Shown: positions 38,068-46,435 of the stretch, in pieces | How the letters are laid out: each line of letters starts with the position of its first letter | Numbering within the stretch: the stretch's first letter is position 1 | Program-made: the position numbers and the translations under genes | Source of the DNA: Candidatus Limnocylindrales bacterium | GTDB lineage: Bacteria; Chloroflexota; Limnocylindria; Limnocylindrales; CSP1-4 | DNA: 64,000 nt | Direction: 5' to 3' | NCBI GenBank assembly: GCA_035540555.1 | Contig: DATLGJ010000043.1 | Location: forward strand, 36,007-100,006 | Notes under the pieces: model-generated | Told to the model about the DNA's origin: nothing | The model's input: the letters and a program-made list of their open reading frames with translations, nothing else | Database searches by the model: none

Positions 38068-38645
38068 GCGCGCCGAGTCGTGCTTCCTCAGCCGAGCCGG
38101 CTGGCTCGGCTGCGCGCGAAGCCGCCGGCCTCCGGCGGCTGCCGGGTTCCGGCCGTGGCTTGCGGCGACCGCTGGAGTCGGCCGTCTGGGCCGCGCTGCA
38201 GGATGTCCATGACCCCGAGATTCCGGCCATCTCCGTGGTCGACCTCGGTGTGGTTCGCAGTGTGCAGGCCGCTCCGGGGCGCGTCCGCGTCGAGCTGCTG
38301 CCGACCTTCGTCGGTTGCCCCGCCATCGGTGTCATGCGTGAGGCGGTGCTCGAGCGGCTGGACGATTTCGCCGATGAGGTCGAGGTGGAGATCACGTTCG
38401 CTGAGCCGTGGACAAGCGAACGGATCACTCCGGAGGGCCGCCGCCGGCTGCGCGAGAGCGGCTTCGCGCCACCGGTGGCGGGAGCTGACGACGACCGCGC
38501 CCTGCCGGTGCTGCCGGTTGCCGAGTGCCCGTACTGCGGCTCTCGCAATACCAGCCTGGAGAACGCCTTCGGCCCAACCCTGTGTCGCGCCATTTACCAT
38601 TGCCGCAGCTGCACTCAGCCCTTCGAACAGTTCAAGGCGGTTTGA
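38061..38645 (+). CDS. paaD: phenylacetate-CoA oxygenase subunit PaaD (SUF/MIP18-like plus C-terminal Cys cluster)
   Basis: VWAALQDVHDPEIPAISVVDLGVV, PTFVGCPA, and the C-terminal CPYCGS...CRAIYHCRSC. It overlaps the paaC stop. Confidence 0.85.
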   Translation: MVSAPSRASSAEPAGSAAREAAGLRRLPGSGRGLRRPLESAVWAALQDVHDPEIPAISVVDLGVVRSVQAAPGRVRVELLPTFVGCPAIGVMREAVLERLDDFADEVEVEITFAEPWTSERITPEGRRRLRESGFAPPVAGADDDRALPVLPVAECPYCGSRNTSLENAFGPTLCRAIYHCRSCTQPFEQFKAV

Positions 38646-38975
38646 TTGACGCGTAACGGTCTGGCGCGCCTGGTCGCGGCGCTTGGTGGGGTGGCGCTGC
38701 TCGTCTTCCTCTGGCTCTCGCTGCAGGGGCAGGGATCGTCAGTCGACGTATTCCTGCTGTCCATTGCGACGGTGGTCCACTTCATCGTCGTCGTCGCCTG
38801 GTGGCTTGCGCCATTCACGCCCCGCTGGGTGGTCGCCGGCTACGGGCTGATCCTGGCCTCGAGCGGTTTGGGCTTCCTGGTCGTGGCGCCACCCGAGGCG
38901 CCGGCGGTGATGGCGTTCTACGGAATGCTCGCCGGCGGCGCGCTGTCGGTCGTCGCGGCCATCATCGATCGATGA
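38646..38975 (+). CDS. small membrane protein (3 predicted TM) occupying the position where paaE usually sits
   Basis: The TTG start directly follows the paaD stop. Hydrophobic spans are LVAALGGVALLVFLWL, IATVVHFIVVVAWWL and VVAGYGLILASSGLGFLVV. Confidence 0.5.
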   Translation: MTRNGLARLVAALGGVALLVFLWLSLQGQGSSVDVFLLSIATVVHFIVVVAWWLAPFTPRWVVAGYGLILASSGLGFLVVAPPEAPAVMAFYGMLAGGALSVVAAIIDR

Positions 38976-39015
38976 CCTCCGCTATCCTGCGCTCTCCAAA
39001 GAGGAGGACCCGTCA

Positions 39016-39984
39016 ATGGCTTTGATTCGTGTGACCGGTGCTGCGACGCTGTCGCTGGTGCTGGTCGCCTGTGGCGCAGGCGCACCGCCGACTGCAGCTC
39101 CGACGCCGGCAGATACGCCGGCCGCGACGCCGGTGCAGACGCCGGCTGGGACCGAGTGTGGCCCGGACAGCCCGCATCTCAAGAACGCGGGACAGCTGAC
39201 GCTGAGCACTGACAACCCGGCCTTTCCGCCCTGGTGGGGCGGAGACCCGGAGGAGGAGTACGAGGGGCAGCCGGACGACGATGCCGGCTGGGAGGTCAGC
39301 AATCCGTACAGCGGCGAGGGCCTCGAGAGCGCCACGGCGTACGCCATCGCAGAACGGCTCGGATTCAGCCGTGACCAGGTGGTGTGGCTCCAGAACGCCG
39401 TCTTCGAGCAGGCATTCGCCCCAGGCCCCAAGCCCTTCGACTTCCACATGGCCCAGGTGTCGATCCGCCCGGAGCGCGCCGAGGCCGTTGACTTCAGCGA
39501 CCCATACTTCGACTCGCATCAGTCGCTGCTGACGCTGACCGGCAACGACATCGCCGACGAGACCACCGTCTCGGGGCTGCAGGAGTACCGCCTCGGCGCC
39601 GCCGCGGCCACGACCAGCTACCAGCTGATCGAGGACGTCATTCAGCCGACCGTCGAGCCGTCCGTCTTCCCGGACAACGCGACCGCGCTGACTGCCCTGC
39701 AGAACGGCCAGATCGACGGCCTCGTCGTCGACCTCGGCACTGCGTTCTACATGCGCGACGCGCAGCTTGAGGATTGGGACACGCCCGATCCCGAGGGCAC
39801 CATCGTCGGGGCCTTCCCGGAGTCGGCCCAGACCGATCAGGTCGGTGCCGTGCTCGAGCTGGACAGCCCCTTCACCGAGTGCGTGAACCAGGCGCTCTCG
39901 GAGCTGCGCGCCGAAGGCACGCTGGACGAGATCTTCGAGGAGAACATCGGTCAGCAGCTGGGGGTCTCGTTCTTCGAGCCGTAA
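39016..39984 (+). CDS. amino-acid ABC transporter substrate-binding lipoprotein (SBP family 3)
   Basis: RBS GAGGAGGA. Lipobox LVLVACG. Also DFHMAQVSIRPERAEAVDFSDPYF and IDGLVVD. Confidence 0.85.
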   Translation: MALIRVTGAATLSLVLVACGAGAPPTAAPTPADTPAATPVQTPAGTECGPDSPHLKNAGQLTLSTDNPAFPPWWGGDPEEEYEGQPDDDAGWEVSNPYSGEGLESATAYAIAERLGFSRDQVVWLQNAVFEQAFAPGPKPFDFHMAQVSIRPERAEAVDFSDPYFDSHQSLLTLTGNDIADETTVSGLQEYRLGAAAATTSYQLIEDVIQPTVEPSVFPDNATALTALQNGQIDGLVVDLGTAFYMRDAQLEDWDTPDPEGTIVGAFPESAQTDQVGAVLELDSPFTECVNQALSELRAEGTLDEIFEENIGQQLGVSFFEP

Positions 39985-40008
39985 TCCGCTGCTGACTCCG
40001 CGCCGCCT

Positions 40009-40920
40009 ATGACTGGCGAGGCCCATACGACCCGCGACGAGCTCCGTGCCCGTCGCGGGTCGCGGCTGTTCGGGCGGATGCGCCCGAGTGGAGTGATGAT
40101 CGCGACGCTGAGCACGCTGGTCGTGTTCGGCGGCATCATCTTCGCTGTCGTCAATGCGCCCGGCTTCGATCGGGTCCAGGCGGCCTTCTTCGACCCGGCG
40201 CTCTTCGCGCGATCCGTGCCGCTGTTGGCCGAGTCGCTCTGGCGCAACATCCAGATCTTCGTCATCGCCGAGGTGGCGATCCTCGTGTTCGCGCTCGTGC
40301 TGGCCGTGATGCGCAGCCTGCCCGGGCCGGTCTTCTTCCCGTTCCGGCTGATGGCGATCAGCTACATCGAGTTCTTCCGCGCGATCCCCGGCATCCTGGT
40401 CATCTACCTGCTTGCACTGGGCGTACCCGGCCTGCGTATCCCCGGCCTGATCAACGAGCCCTTCTTCTGGGGCATCGTCGCGCTGGTCCTCGTCTGGTCC
40501 GCCTATGTGGCGGAGGTGTATCGCGCGGGCATCGAGGCGATCCACCCCAGCCAGGAGGCGGCGGCCCGGTCGCTCGGCCTATCGAGGGTTCAGGGGCTGC
40601 GCTTCGTGGTGCTTCCGCAGGCCATCCGACGGGTCGTCCCGCCGCTGCTGAACGACTTCATCGGGCTGCAGAAGGACACTGCCCTGGTCTCGTTCGTCGG
40701 CGTTGTCGAGATCTTCAGGCGCAGCCAGATCATCGCTGGCGGGGCCTTCAACTTCACGCCGTACATCGTCTGCGCGCTCTTCTTCCTGCTGCTGACGATT
40801 CCGACCGCTCGCCTGGTCGACTACTTCGCCAGCCGGGACCGCACCCGCAAGCTGGGCGGCGTCGGCGGGGTGGGCGGGGGCAGCCGGCGTGGTCGGTTGC
40901 TGGGGTCAGGCCCGCGATGA
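40009..40920 (+). CDS. amino-acid ABC transporter permease (His/Glu/Gln/Arg/opine family)
   Basis: AYVAEVYRAGIEAIHPSQEAAARSLGLSRVQGLRFVVLPQAIRRVVPPLLNDFI (EAA motif region). Confidence 0.9.
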   Translation: MTGEAHTTRDELRARRGSRLFGRMRPSGVMIATLSTLVVFGGIIFAVVNAPGFDRVQAAFFDPALFARSVPLLAESLWRNIQIFVIAEVAILVFALVLAVMRSLPGPVFFPFRLMAISYIEFFRAIPGILVIYLLALGVPGLRIPGLINEPFFWGIVALVLVWSAYVAEVYRAGIEAIHPSQEAAARSLGLSRVQGLRFVVLPQAIRRVVPPLLNDFIGLQKDTALVSFVGVVEIFRRSQIIAGGAFNFTPYIVCALFFLLLTIPTARLVDYFASRDRTRKLGGVGGVGGGSRRGRLLGSGPR

Positions 40921-41672
40921 ACGGCAGGGCGGACGCGCTCGTCGTCGAGGGCCTGCACAAATCCTTCGGTCAGCTGCACGTGCTGCGCGGCATCGACCTG
41001 ACGGTGCGCGAGCACGAGGTGGTCGCGCTGATCGGCGCCTCCGGCTCGGGCAAGTCGACCCTCCTGCGCTGCATCAACCTGATCGAGGAGGTCGACGCGG
41101 GGCGGATCGTGATCGAGGGCGAGGAGATCACCGCCCACGGCGTGGACGTCGACCGGGTCCGGCGGCGGATCGGGATCGTCTTCCAGTCCTTCAACCTGTT
41201 TCCGCACATGACAGTGCTGGGCAACGTGACGCTTGCCCCGCGCAAGGTGCTCAGGCTGCAGCAGCGAGCGGCGGAGGAGCGAGCGATGGCGCTGCTCGAG
41301 CGGTTCGGGCTGGCCGACAAGCGCGACGAGTACCCCGACCGACTGTCCGGCGGACAGCAGCAGCGGGCAGCGATAGTCCGCGCGCTGGCCATGCAGCCCG
41401 ACATCATGCTGCTCGACGAGATCACCGCTGCCCTCGACCCGGAGCTCGTGGCGGAGGTGCTCGACGTGATCCGCGAGCTGGCCGACGAGGGCATGACGCT
41501 GGTGCTGGCCACGCACGAGATGGGGTTCGCGCGCGACGTCGCCGACCGGATCTGCTTCCTGCACGAGGGCGCCATCCTCGAGCAGGGACCACCTTCGCAG
41601 ATGCTCAACTCGCCGCGTGAGGCGCGGACCCAGCAGTTCCTCAAGCGGATCATCGACGCCGGGCGGCTGTAG
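40917..41672 (+). CDS. amino-acid ABC transporter ATP-binding protein (GlnQ-like)
   Basis: Walker A GASGSGKST, signature LSGGQQQR, Walker B IMLLDE. ATGA overlap with the permease. Confidence 0.95.
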   Translation: MNGRADALVVEGLHKSFGQLHVLRGIDLTVREHEVVALIGASGSGKSTLLRCINLIEEVDAGRIVIEGEEITAHGVDVDRVRRRIGIVFQSFNLFPHMTVLGNVTLAPRKVLRLQQRAAEERAMALLERFGLADKRDEYPDRLSGGQQQRAAIVRALAMQPDIMLLDEITAALDPELVAEVLDVIRELADEGMTLVLATHEMGFARDVADRICFLHEGAILEQGPPSQMLNSPREARTQQFLKRIIDAGRL

Positions 41673-41707
41673 CCGTCCCGACCGCCCTGGCCCCGTTTGG
41701 TTCGGTC

Positions 41708-43249
41708 TCAGGCGGCGGTGAAGGTCACCTCGTGATAGCCGCGCGCTCCGTCCGGGGCGGGCGGCGTGCGACGCAACTCCTGCAGCTGCCCGGTGCCGTC
41801 TGTGGCCCGAACGCGGACGCTGTGCGCGCCGCTGCTCACGTCCAGCGAGGCGCGCCACTGGACCCAGGCTGCGTCGGACAACGGCAGCGACAGCTCAGCG
41901 GACTGCCAGTCGCCATCGTCCAGCTGGACCTCGACCTGCGCCACCCCGCGCGCGGGCGCCCAGGCCACGCCGGCCACCTCCACCCGGCCCTGGGCCACGC
42001 GCGCTCCGCCCCGTGGCACATCGACGCGCGACTGGGTCAGGACCGGCGCTTCCTTGGCCCACCCGAGCGGGACCCAGTAGGCGTCGAAGGACTCAAGCGT
42101 GGTCAGCTCGATCTCGGTGATCCACTTGGTCGCCGACACGTAGCCATACAGCCCCGGCACGACCAGCCGGGCCGGGAAGCCGTGCTGGGCGGGCAGCGGC
42201 TCGCCGTTCATGCCCACCGCCAGCAGCGACTCGGCGCCTTCGCCGTCAAGGTGAGCCGTCGGGAAGCCGGCGGTCCAGCCATCGAACGAGCGACCCACGA
42301 TCTGGGTCGCCCCCGCCTGCACCCCTGCCCGATCGAGCAGCGGTCGCAGCAGCGTGCCCGTCCAGGCGGCATTGCCCACCAGATAGCCCCCGACCTGGTT
42401 GGAGACGCAGGCCAGCGTCACGTAGCGCTCGATGAGCGGCATGGCCAGCACGTCGTCGTAGGTCAGCACGACCTCGCGCTCGACCATGCCATGGATGCGC
42501 AGGCGCCACGTCTCGGGGTCGATCCGCGGCACGGTGAGGTTGGTATCGATGCGGTAGAACTCGCCGGCCGGCACGATGATCGGCGCGACGCCCTCAATGG
42601 CCAGCTCGGCGGCCGGGGGCAGGGGAGGGAGCGGCTCCGCTGGCCGCGGAAGGGCCATCGGGGCGGTCACCTCGGGCACTCGCAGGCTCAGCCCACGCCC
42701 GATGAGCGCCACCAGAGCACCCACAGCAAATGCGCCGCCGGTCACCAACAGCAACTGGCGGCGCTCCACCGGGCGGCCGACGGCCGCGCCCATGGCCGTG
42801 TCGGCCGGGATGCTCCGCGAGTCGGCAGGACGGAGCGGGACCAGCAGCGGCAGCGCGGCAACTGCGACGACGACTCCCGCCCCCGCCACGATCAGCGCGG
42901 CCAGCGGGCCCGCCAGGGGGTCCCGGACAAGCAGCATGCCCAGAGCCAGGCCGAGCCCGGCAAACCCGAGCTGTGCCAGCGCGACGGAGACCCTGGCCAG
43001 CGCGCCGATCAGCCCACCGACGAGCAGCGATCCGACGGCCGTGCCCAGCTCCAGGACCGGCTTGTCCAGGTCGCCGAAAAGCTGGACCATCAGGTCCTTG
43101 GCGCCGGGTGGCTGCAGCTCGATGACCAGGGCCCCGACGGCCGCGATTGGCGAGGCCCCGCCGACCAGCGCCCCCGCCAACTCGCCAGCCCCGAGGGCAA
43201 GCGCTGCCGCGGCCGCTCCGGCGAGCATCCAGCGCCATGCCGTGTCCAT
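41708..43249 (-). CDS. molybdopterin-dependent oxidoreductase (sulfite-oxidase family) with N-terminal multi-TM domain
   Basis: From ATG 43249 within ORF 41708..43519. FYRIDTNLTVPRID, VTLACVSNQVGG (Mo-ligand Cys), GFPARLVVPGLYGYVSATKWI, and a C-terminal Ig-like dimerisation-type domain. Confidence 0.85.
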   Translation of the reverse strand: MDTAWRWMLAGAAAAALALGAGELAGALVGGASPIAAVGALVIELQPPGAKDLMVQLFGDLDKPVLELGTAVGSLLVGGLIGALARVSVALAQLGFAGLGLALGMLLVRDPLAGPLAALIVAGAGVVVAVAALPLLVPLRPADSRSIPADTAMGAAVGRPVERRQLLLVTGGAFAVGALVALIGRGLSLRVPEVTAPMALPRPAEPLPPLPPAAELAIEGVAPIIVPAGEFYRIDTNLTVPRIDPETWRLRIHGMVEREVVLTYDDVLAMPLIERYVTLACVSNQVGGYLVGNAAWTGTLLRPLLDRAGVQAGATQIVGRSFDGWTAGFPTAHLDGEGAESLLAVGMNGEPLPAQHGFPARLVVPGLYGYVSATKWITEIELTTLESFDAYWVPLGWAKEAPVLTQSRVDVPRGGARVAQGRVEVAGVAWAPARGVAQVEVQLDDGDWQSAELSLPLSDAAWVQWRASLDVSSGAHSVRVRATDGTGQLQELRRTPPAPDGARGYHEVTFTAA

Positions 43250-43259
43250 CTGCGGAAGC

Positions 43260-43730
43260 CTACGCCGTTGGCGCCGGGTCCTCCCTCCGGCACTCGGCGC
43301 AGGTGCCGACGACGCTGAGATGTGAGAGGTCCACGGCGAAGCCTCGGTCGCCGTGGAGCGAGCCAACGAGGGCTGCCGCCTCATCCGCCTCGATCTCCCA
43401 GCTCCTGCCGCAGCCGGTGCAGCGCAGGTGGCCGTGCTCGCGGTCGGGCAGGACGTGGTACTCCTCTCGGCCGTCGATGCCATGGGCATGGCGGACCACG
43501 CCCAGCTCCTCGAGCACATCGAGCGTCCGGTAGACCGTCGAGGGGGTCGTGTCGGGATCCTCCGTCCGGCAGCGCTCGATCAGCTCGGTCGCCGTAATGT
43601 GGCGGCCGTCGGTCCGCGCCAGGACGCGCAGCAGCAGGCGCCGCTGCGGTGTCCAGCGCATGCCGCGTCTGCGCAGCTCGTTGCCGATCTCGGCCCATTG
43701 GTCGGTTGCCGGGCCGCTCCTCTTCGCCAT
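43260..43730 (-). CDS. Fur-family metalloregulator
   Basis: Last 156 codons of ORF 43260..44579, from ATG 43730. RWTPQRRLLLRVL...HITATELIERC, VYRTLDVLEELGVVRHAHG, HGHLRCTGCG...CAEC. Confidence 0.9.
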   Translation of the reverse strand: MAKRSGPATDQWAEIGNELRRRGMRWTPQRRLLLRVLARTDGRHITATELIERCRTEDPDTTPSTVYRTLDVLEELGVVRHAHGIDGREEYHVLPDREHGHLRCTGCGRSWEIEADEAAALVGSLHGDRGFAVDLSHLSVVGTCAECRREDPAPTA

Positions 43731-43744
43731 CGGCTCGAGTATAG

Positions 43745-43762
43745 GGCGACTCTGGCGACTCT
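43745..43762. repeat. tandem direct repeat GGCGACTCT x2
   Basis: A perfect 9-mer duplicated head-to-tail in the fur/cbiM intergenic region. Confidence 0.7.
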
Positions 43763-43767
43763 CCGCA

Positions 43768-43785
43768 GTTGCAACTGGTTGCAAC
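43768..43785. promoter_or_regulatory. candidate Fur/Nur-type operator: GTTGCAAC-tg-GTTGCAAC
   Basis: Two copies of the self-complementary octamer GTTGCAAC separated by 2 nt (TTGCAA half-sites). It overlaps the -35 of the cbiM promoter and lies between the divergent fur-family and cbiM genes. Confidence 0.55.
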
Positions 43786-43808
43786 AAGGCGGGCGGCAGG
43801 CCTACTAT
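43779..43808 (+). promoter_or_regulatory. candidate cbiM promoter TTGCAA-N18-TACTAT, leaderless geometry
   Basis: The -10 TACTAT (43803-08) lies 6 nt before the GTG at 43815. On the other strand TATACT (43743..43738) lies 7 nt before the fur ATG at 43730. Confidence 0.4.
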
Positions 43809-43814
43809 GCGCAG

Positions 43815-44552
43815 GTGATCACTCCGCTGCTCGCCGCGATGGCGCCACCTATCCTCACGCGAGGGGATGGCGGGCTCGACCTGCACGCTCCCGATGGCTT
43901 CCTGACCGTTCCGGTGGCGCTGATCATGTGGGGGATCACGGCCGTCATATTGGCCGTCGCAGTAGGTCGTGCCAACCGGACGCTTGACGATCGTGCAATC
44001 CCCTTGATGGGGGTCCTGGCGGCGTTCATCTTCGCCGCGCAGATGTTCAACTTTCCCGTGATCGGCGGCACAAGCGGGCATCTCCTGGGCGGTGTCCTGG
44101 CAGCGGTCCTGCTCGGCCCGTGGGTGGGCACGATCGTGATGGCGAGCGTGATCGCCGTGCAGGCGCTGCTCTTCCAGGATGGTGGCCTTGTGGTTATGGG
44201 CGCCAACATCTTCAACATGGGCATCGTCGGCACTCTCGGTGGGTACTACGTGTATCGGGCGCTTGCCGGCGCGATGGGTGGCGAAGCCCGCGGTCGGGTG
44301 CCGGCCGCTGCCATCGCCGCCTGGATGGCGGTGGTGGCCGGCGCCGTGGCGATGACGCTCCAGCTGGCGGCATCGGGCACGACTCCCTTGGAGGTGGCCC
44401 TGCCGGCGATGCTCGGCGTCCATGCCCTGATCGGCATAGGGGAGGCGCTGATCACGGCCGCCGCGCTCGGCTTCATCGCGGTCACACGGGCGGACCTGTT
44501 CCGCCTGCGCGACGCCGGAAGACAAGTGGCTGGAAGGAGCAGCGCGGCATGA
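43815..44552 (+). CDS. cbiM: ECF-type Ni/Co transporter substrate-capture component CbiM/NikM
   Basis: Internal part of ORF 43353..44552. LHAPDGFLTVPVALIMW, FAAQMFNFPVIGGTSGHLLGG and QALLFQDGGL. The start is GTG 43815 (or ATG 43839). The HAPDGF metal-binding N-terminus is preceded by a short leader. Confidence 0.9.
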   Translation: MITPLLAAMAPPILTRGDGGLDLHAPDGFLTVPVALIMWGITAVILAVAVGRANRTLDDRAIPLMGVLAAFIFAAQMFNFPVIGGTSGHLLGGVLAAVLLGPWVGTIVMASVIAVQALLFQDGGLVVMGANIFNMGIVGTLGGYYVYRALAGAMGGEARGRVPAAAIAAWMAVVAGAVAMTLQLAASGTTPLEVALPAMLGVHALIGIGEALITAAALGFIAVTRADLFRLRDAGRQVAGRSSAA

Positions 44553-44887
44553 CCGCACGGACCCCTCCGGACGAGCCACAGTACGCCGTGGCCGGCAATC
44601 GGCTGTCGCGGACGGCGTGGTTGGCCATCGCGCTGGCCATCACCGCGGTGGCGGTCATCGCCGCCGCCATCTGGGCCTCGGAAGATCCGGACGGGCTGGA
44701 GCGTGTGGCAGAAGACCTCGGGTTCGTCGGCGCCGGCGCTGACCCGGGATTCGAGGTCCTGCCCGACTACACCCTGCCCGGCCTCGAGGGAGTCGCGTCG
44801 ACCATCGTGGCCGGCCTGGTCGGCGTGGTCGTCGTCGTCGGGCTGATGCTCGTCCTTGGCAGGCTGCTCGCCCGCCGGCGAACCTAG
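44549..44887 (+). CDS. PDGLE-domain protein (CbiN/NikN-like auxiliary component)
   Basis: TM span, then SEDPDGLERVAEDLGF, then a second TM span. The ATG at 44549 overlaps the cbiM stop (ATGA). Confidence 0.8.
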   Translation: MTARTPPDEPQYAVAGNRLSRTAWLAIALAITAVAVIAAAIWASEDPDGLERVAEDLGFVGAGADPGFEVLPDYTLPGLEGVASTIVAGLVGVVVVVGLMLVLGRLLARRRT

Positions 44888-44914
44888 CCGGCCACGCCCC
44901 CGGGGCCCGAAGCC

Positions 44915-45712
44915 GTGAACCTCGACCGGTATCTGCCGCGCGACAGCCCGCTGCACCGGGCCGACCCGCGCTTGAAGCTCATCGCCGCGGTGGCAACGAT
45001 CCTGGCCATCACCCTGTTGCCCGTGGGCGCGTTCGTTGCCCTCGCGGTGGCGTGGTTGGCGATCGTCCTCGTTGCTCTGTGGGCCCGGGTGGGGCCGTTG
45101 CGGGTGGCGCGTAACGGCCTGGTCGCGGCTCCATTCGCGTTGGCCGCCATCCCGCTGGTCTTCACTCGCCCGGAGGACCCGCTGGGCACGCTGACCGTCG
45201 GTCCGCTCATGATGACCATCAGTGGCGAGGGCCTGCGCATGCTGGCGACCATCCTGCTCAAGAGCTGGCTGAGCGTGCAGGTGGCCGTGCTGCTGGCCTT
45301 CACGACCCCCTTCCACGAGCTGATTGATGCGCTGCGCGAGCTGCGGGTACCGCGCATCTTCGTAGCGGTGATCGGATTCATGTACCGCTACCTTGGCGTG
45401 CTCGGGGAGGAAGCCGGCCGCATGAGCCGGGCCAGGGCGGCGCGCTCAGCGGCCGCGCCCGATGGGCGGCCGGACGGCGGATCCGTGCTGTGGCGGGCGC
45501 GGGTCACCGGCTCGATGGTCGGCTCGCTCTTCATCCGCTCGTACGAGCGCAGCGAGCGGATCATCGCCGCAATGCAGTCGCGTGGGTTCGAGTCGGAGCT
45601 GCGCCACATGGCCCTGACCCGGCCGCCCAGGATGGAGGTGGTGGCGCTTCTGCTGCTGGTGATCGGGCTGCTGATCTATGTCGCCGCCGCTCACCTGGTC
45701 GCAGGCCGATGA
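44915..45712 (+). CDS. cbiQ: ECF transporter transmembrane (T) component CbiQ
   Basis: DPRLKLIAAV..., with conserved Arg-rich coupling helices (ARAARS..., RSYERSERI). GTG start. Confidence 0.85.
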   Translation: MNLDRYLPRDSPLHRADPRLKLIAAVATILAITLLPVGAFVALAVAWLAIVLVALWARVGPLRVARNGLVAAPFALAAIPLVFTRPEDPLGTLTVGPLMMTISGEGLRMLATILLKSWLSVQVAVLLAFTTPFHELIDALRELRVPRIFVAVIGFMYRYLGVLGEEAGRMSRARAARSAAAPDGRPDGGSVLWRARVTGSMVGSLFIRSYERSERIIAAMQSRGFESELRHMALTRPPRMEVVALLLLVIGLLIYVAAAHLVAGR

Positions 45713-46434
45713 GCCAGCCGATGGCGGCGTCGGTCGAGATCGAGCACCTGCACTACGTCTACCCCGACGGCACCGAGGCGCTGCGTGGCATCGACCTGGC
45801 CATCACGGCGGGCGAGAAGGTAGCTCTGGTCGGACCGAACGGGGCTGGCAAGAGCACGCTGATCCTGCAGCTCAACGGCATTCTTGAGCCCGGCCATGGG
45901 ACGGTCCGGGTCGGAGGCGTTGTCGTCGATCGGCAGAGCGTGCGCCGCATTCGCGCGATGGTTGGCCTCGTCTTCCAGGACCCGGACGACCAGCTCTTCA
46001 GCCCGACTGTCTACGAGGACGTTGCATTCGGCCCTCTGCACATGGGCGTACCACACCATGAGATCCACACCCGCGTCGAGCGGGCGCTGGCAGCCGTCGG
46101 CCTGACGGGGTTCGAGCGGCGCATGCCCCATCGGCTATCGCTCGGCGAGCGCAAGCGGGCGGCGATGGCCACGGTGCTGGCCATGGACCCGGCCATCGTC
46201 GTGTTTGATGAGCCGACTGCCGGGCTCGACCCGCGCGGCCGGCGGGAGCTGGTCGAGCTGCTGCGCACGATGGGCCAGACGATGATCGTCAGCACCCACG
46301 ACATGCGCCTGGTTGCCGAGGTCTTCCCCCGGACGATTGTCCTCGACGAGGGGCGGGTGGCGGCCGACGGACCGACCGGCGAGCTGCTCGCCGACGAGAA
46401 GCTGCTCCAGGCTCACGGGCTGGAGGCGCCCTAG
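45709..46434 (+). CDS. cbiO: ECF transporter ATPase CbiO
   Basis: From ATG 45709 (ATGA overlap) within ORF 45490..46434. Walker A GPNGAGKST, signature LSLGERKR, Walker B VVFDEPTAGLD. Confidence 0.9.
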   Translation: MSQPMAASVEIEHLHYVYPDGTEALRGIDLAITAGEKVALVGPNGAGKSTLILQLNGILEPGHGTVRVGGVVVDRQSVRRIRAMVGLVFQDPDDQLFSPTVYEDVAFGPLHMGVPHHEIHTRVERALAAVGLTGFERRMPHRLSLGERKRAAMATVLAMDPAIVVFDEPTAGLDPRGRRELVELLRTMGQTMIVSTHDMRLVAEVFPRTIVLDEGRVAADGPTGELLADEKLLQAHGLEAP

Positions 46435-46435
46435 A

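Noticed and set aside
43731-43814. A possible cobalamin riboswitch upstream of cbiM.
   Set aside because: The intergenic region is only 84 bp and the -10 box is 6 nt from the start codon. There is no room for a B12 aptamer, so regulation by a Fur-family protein is the simpler reading.
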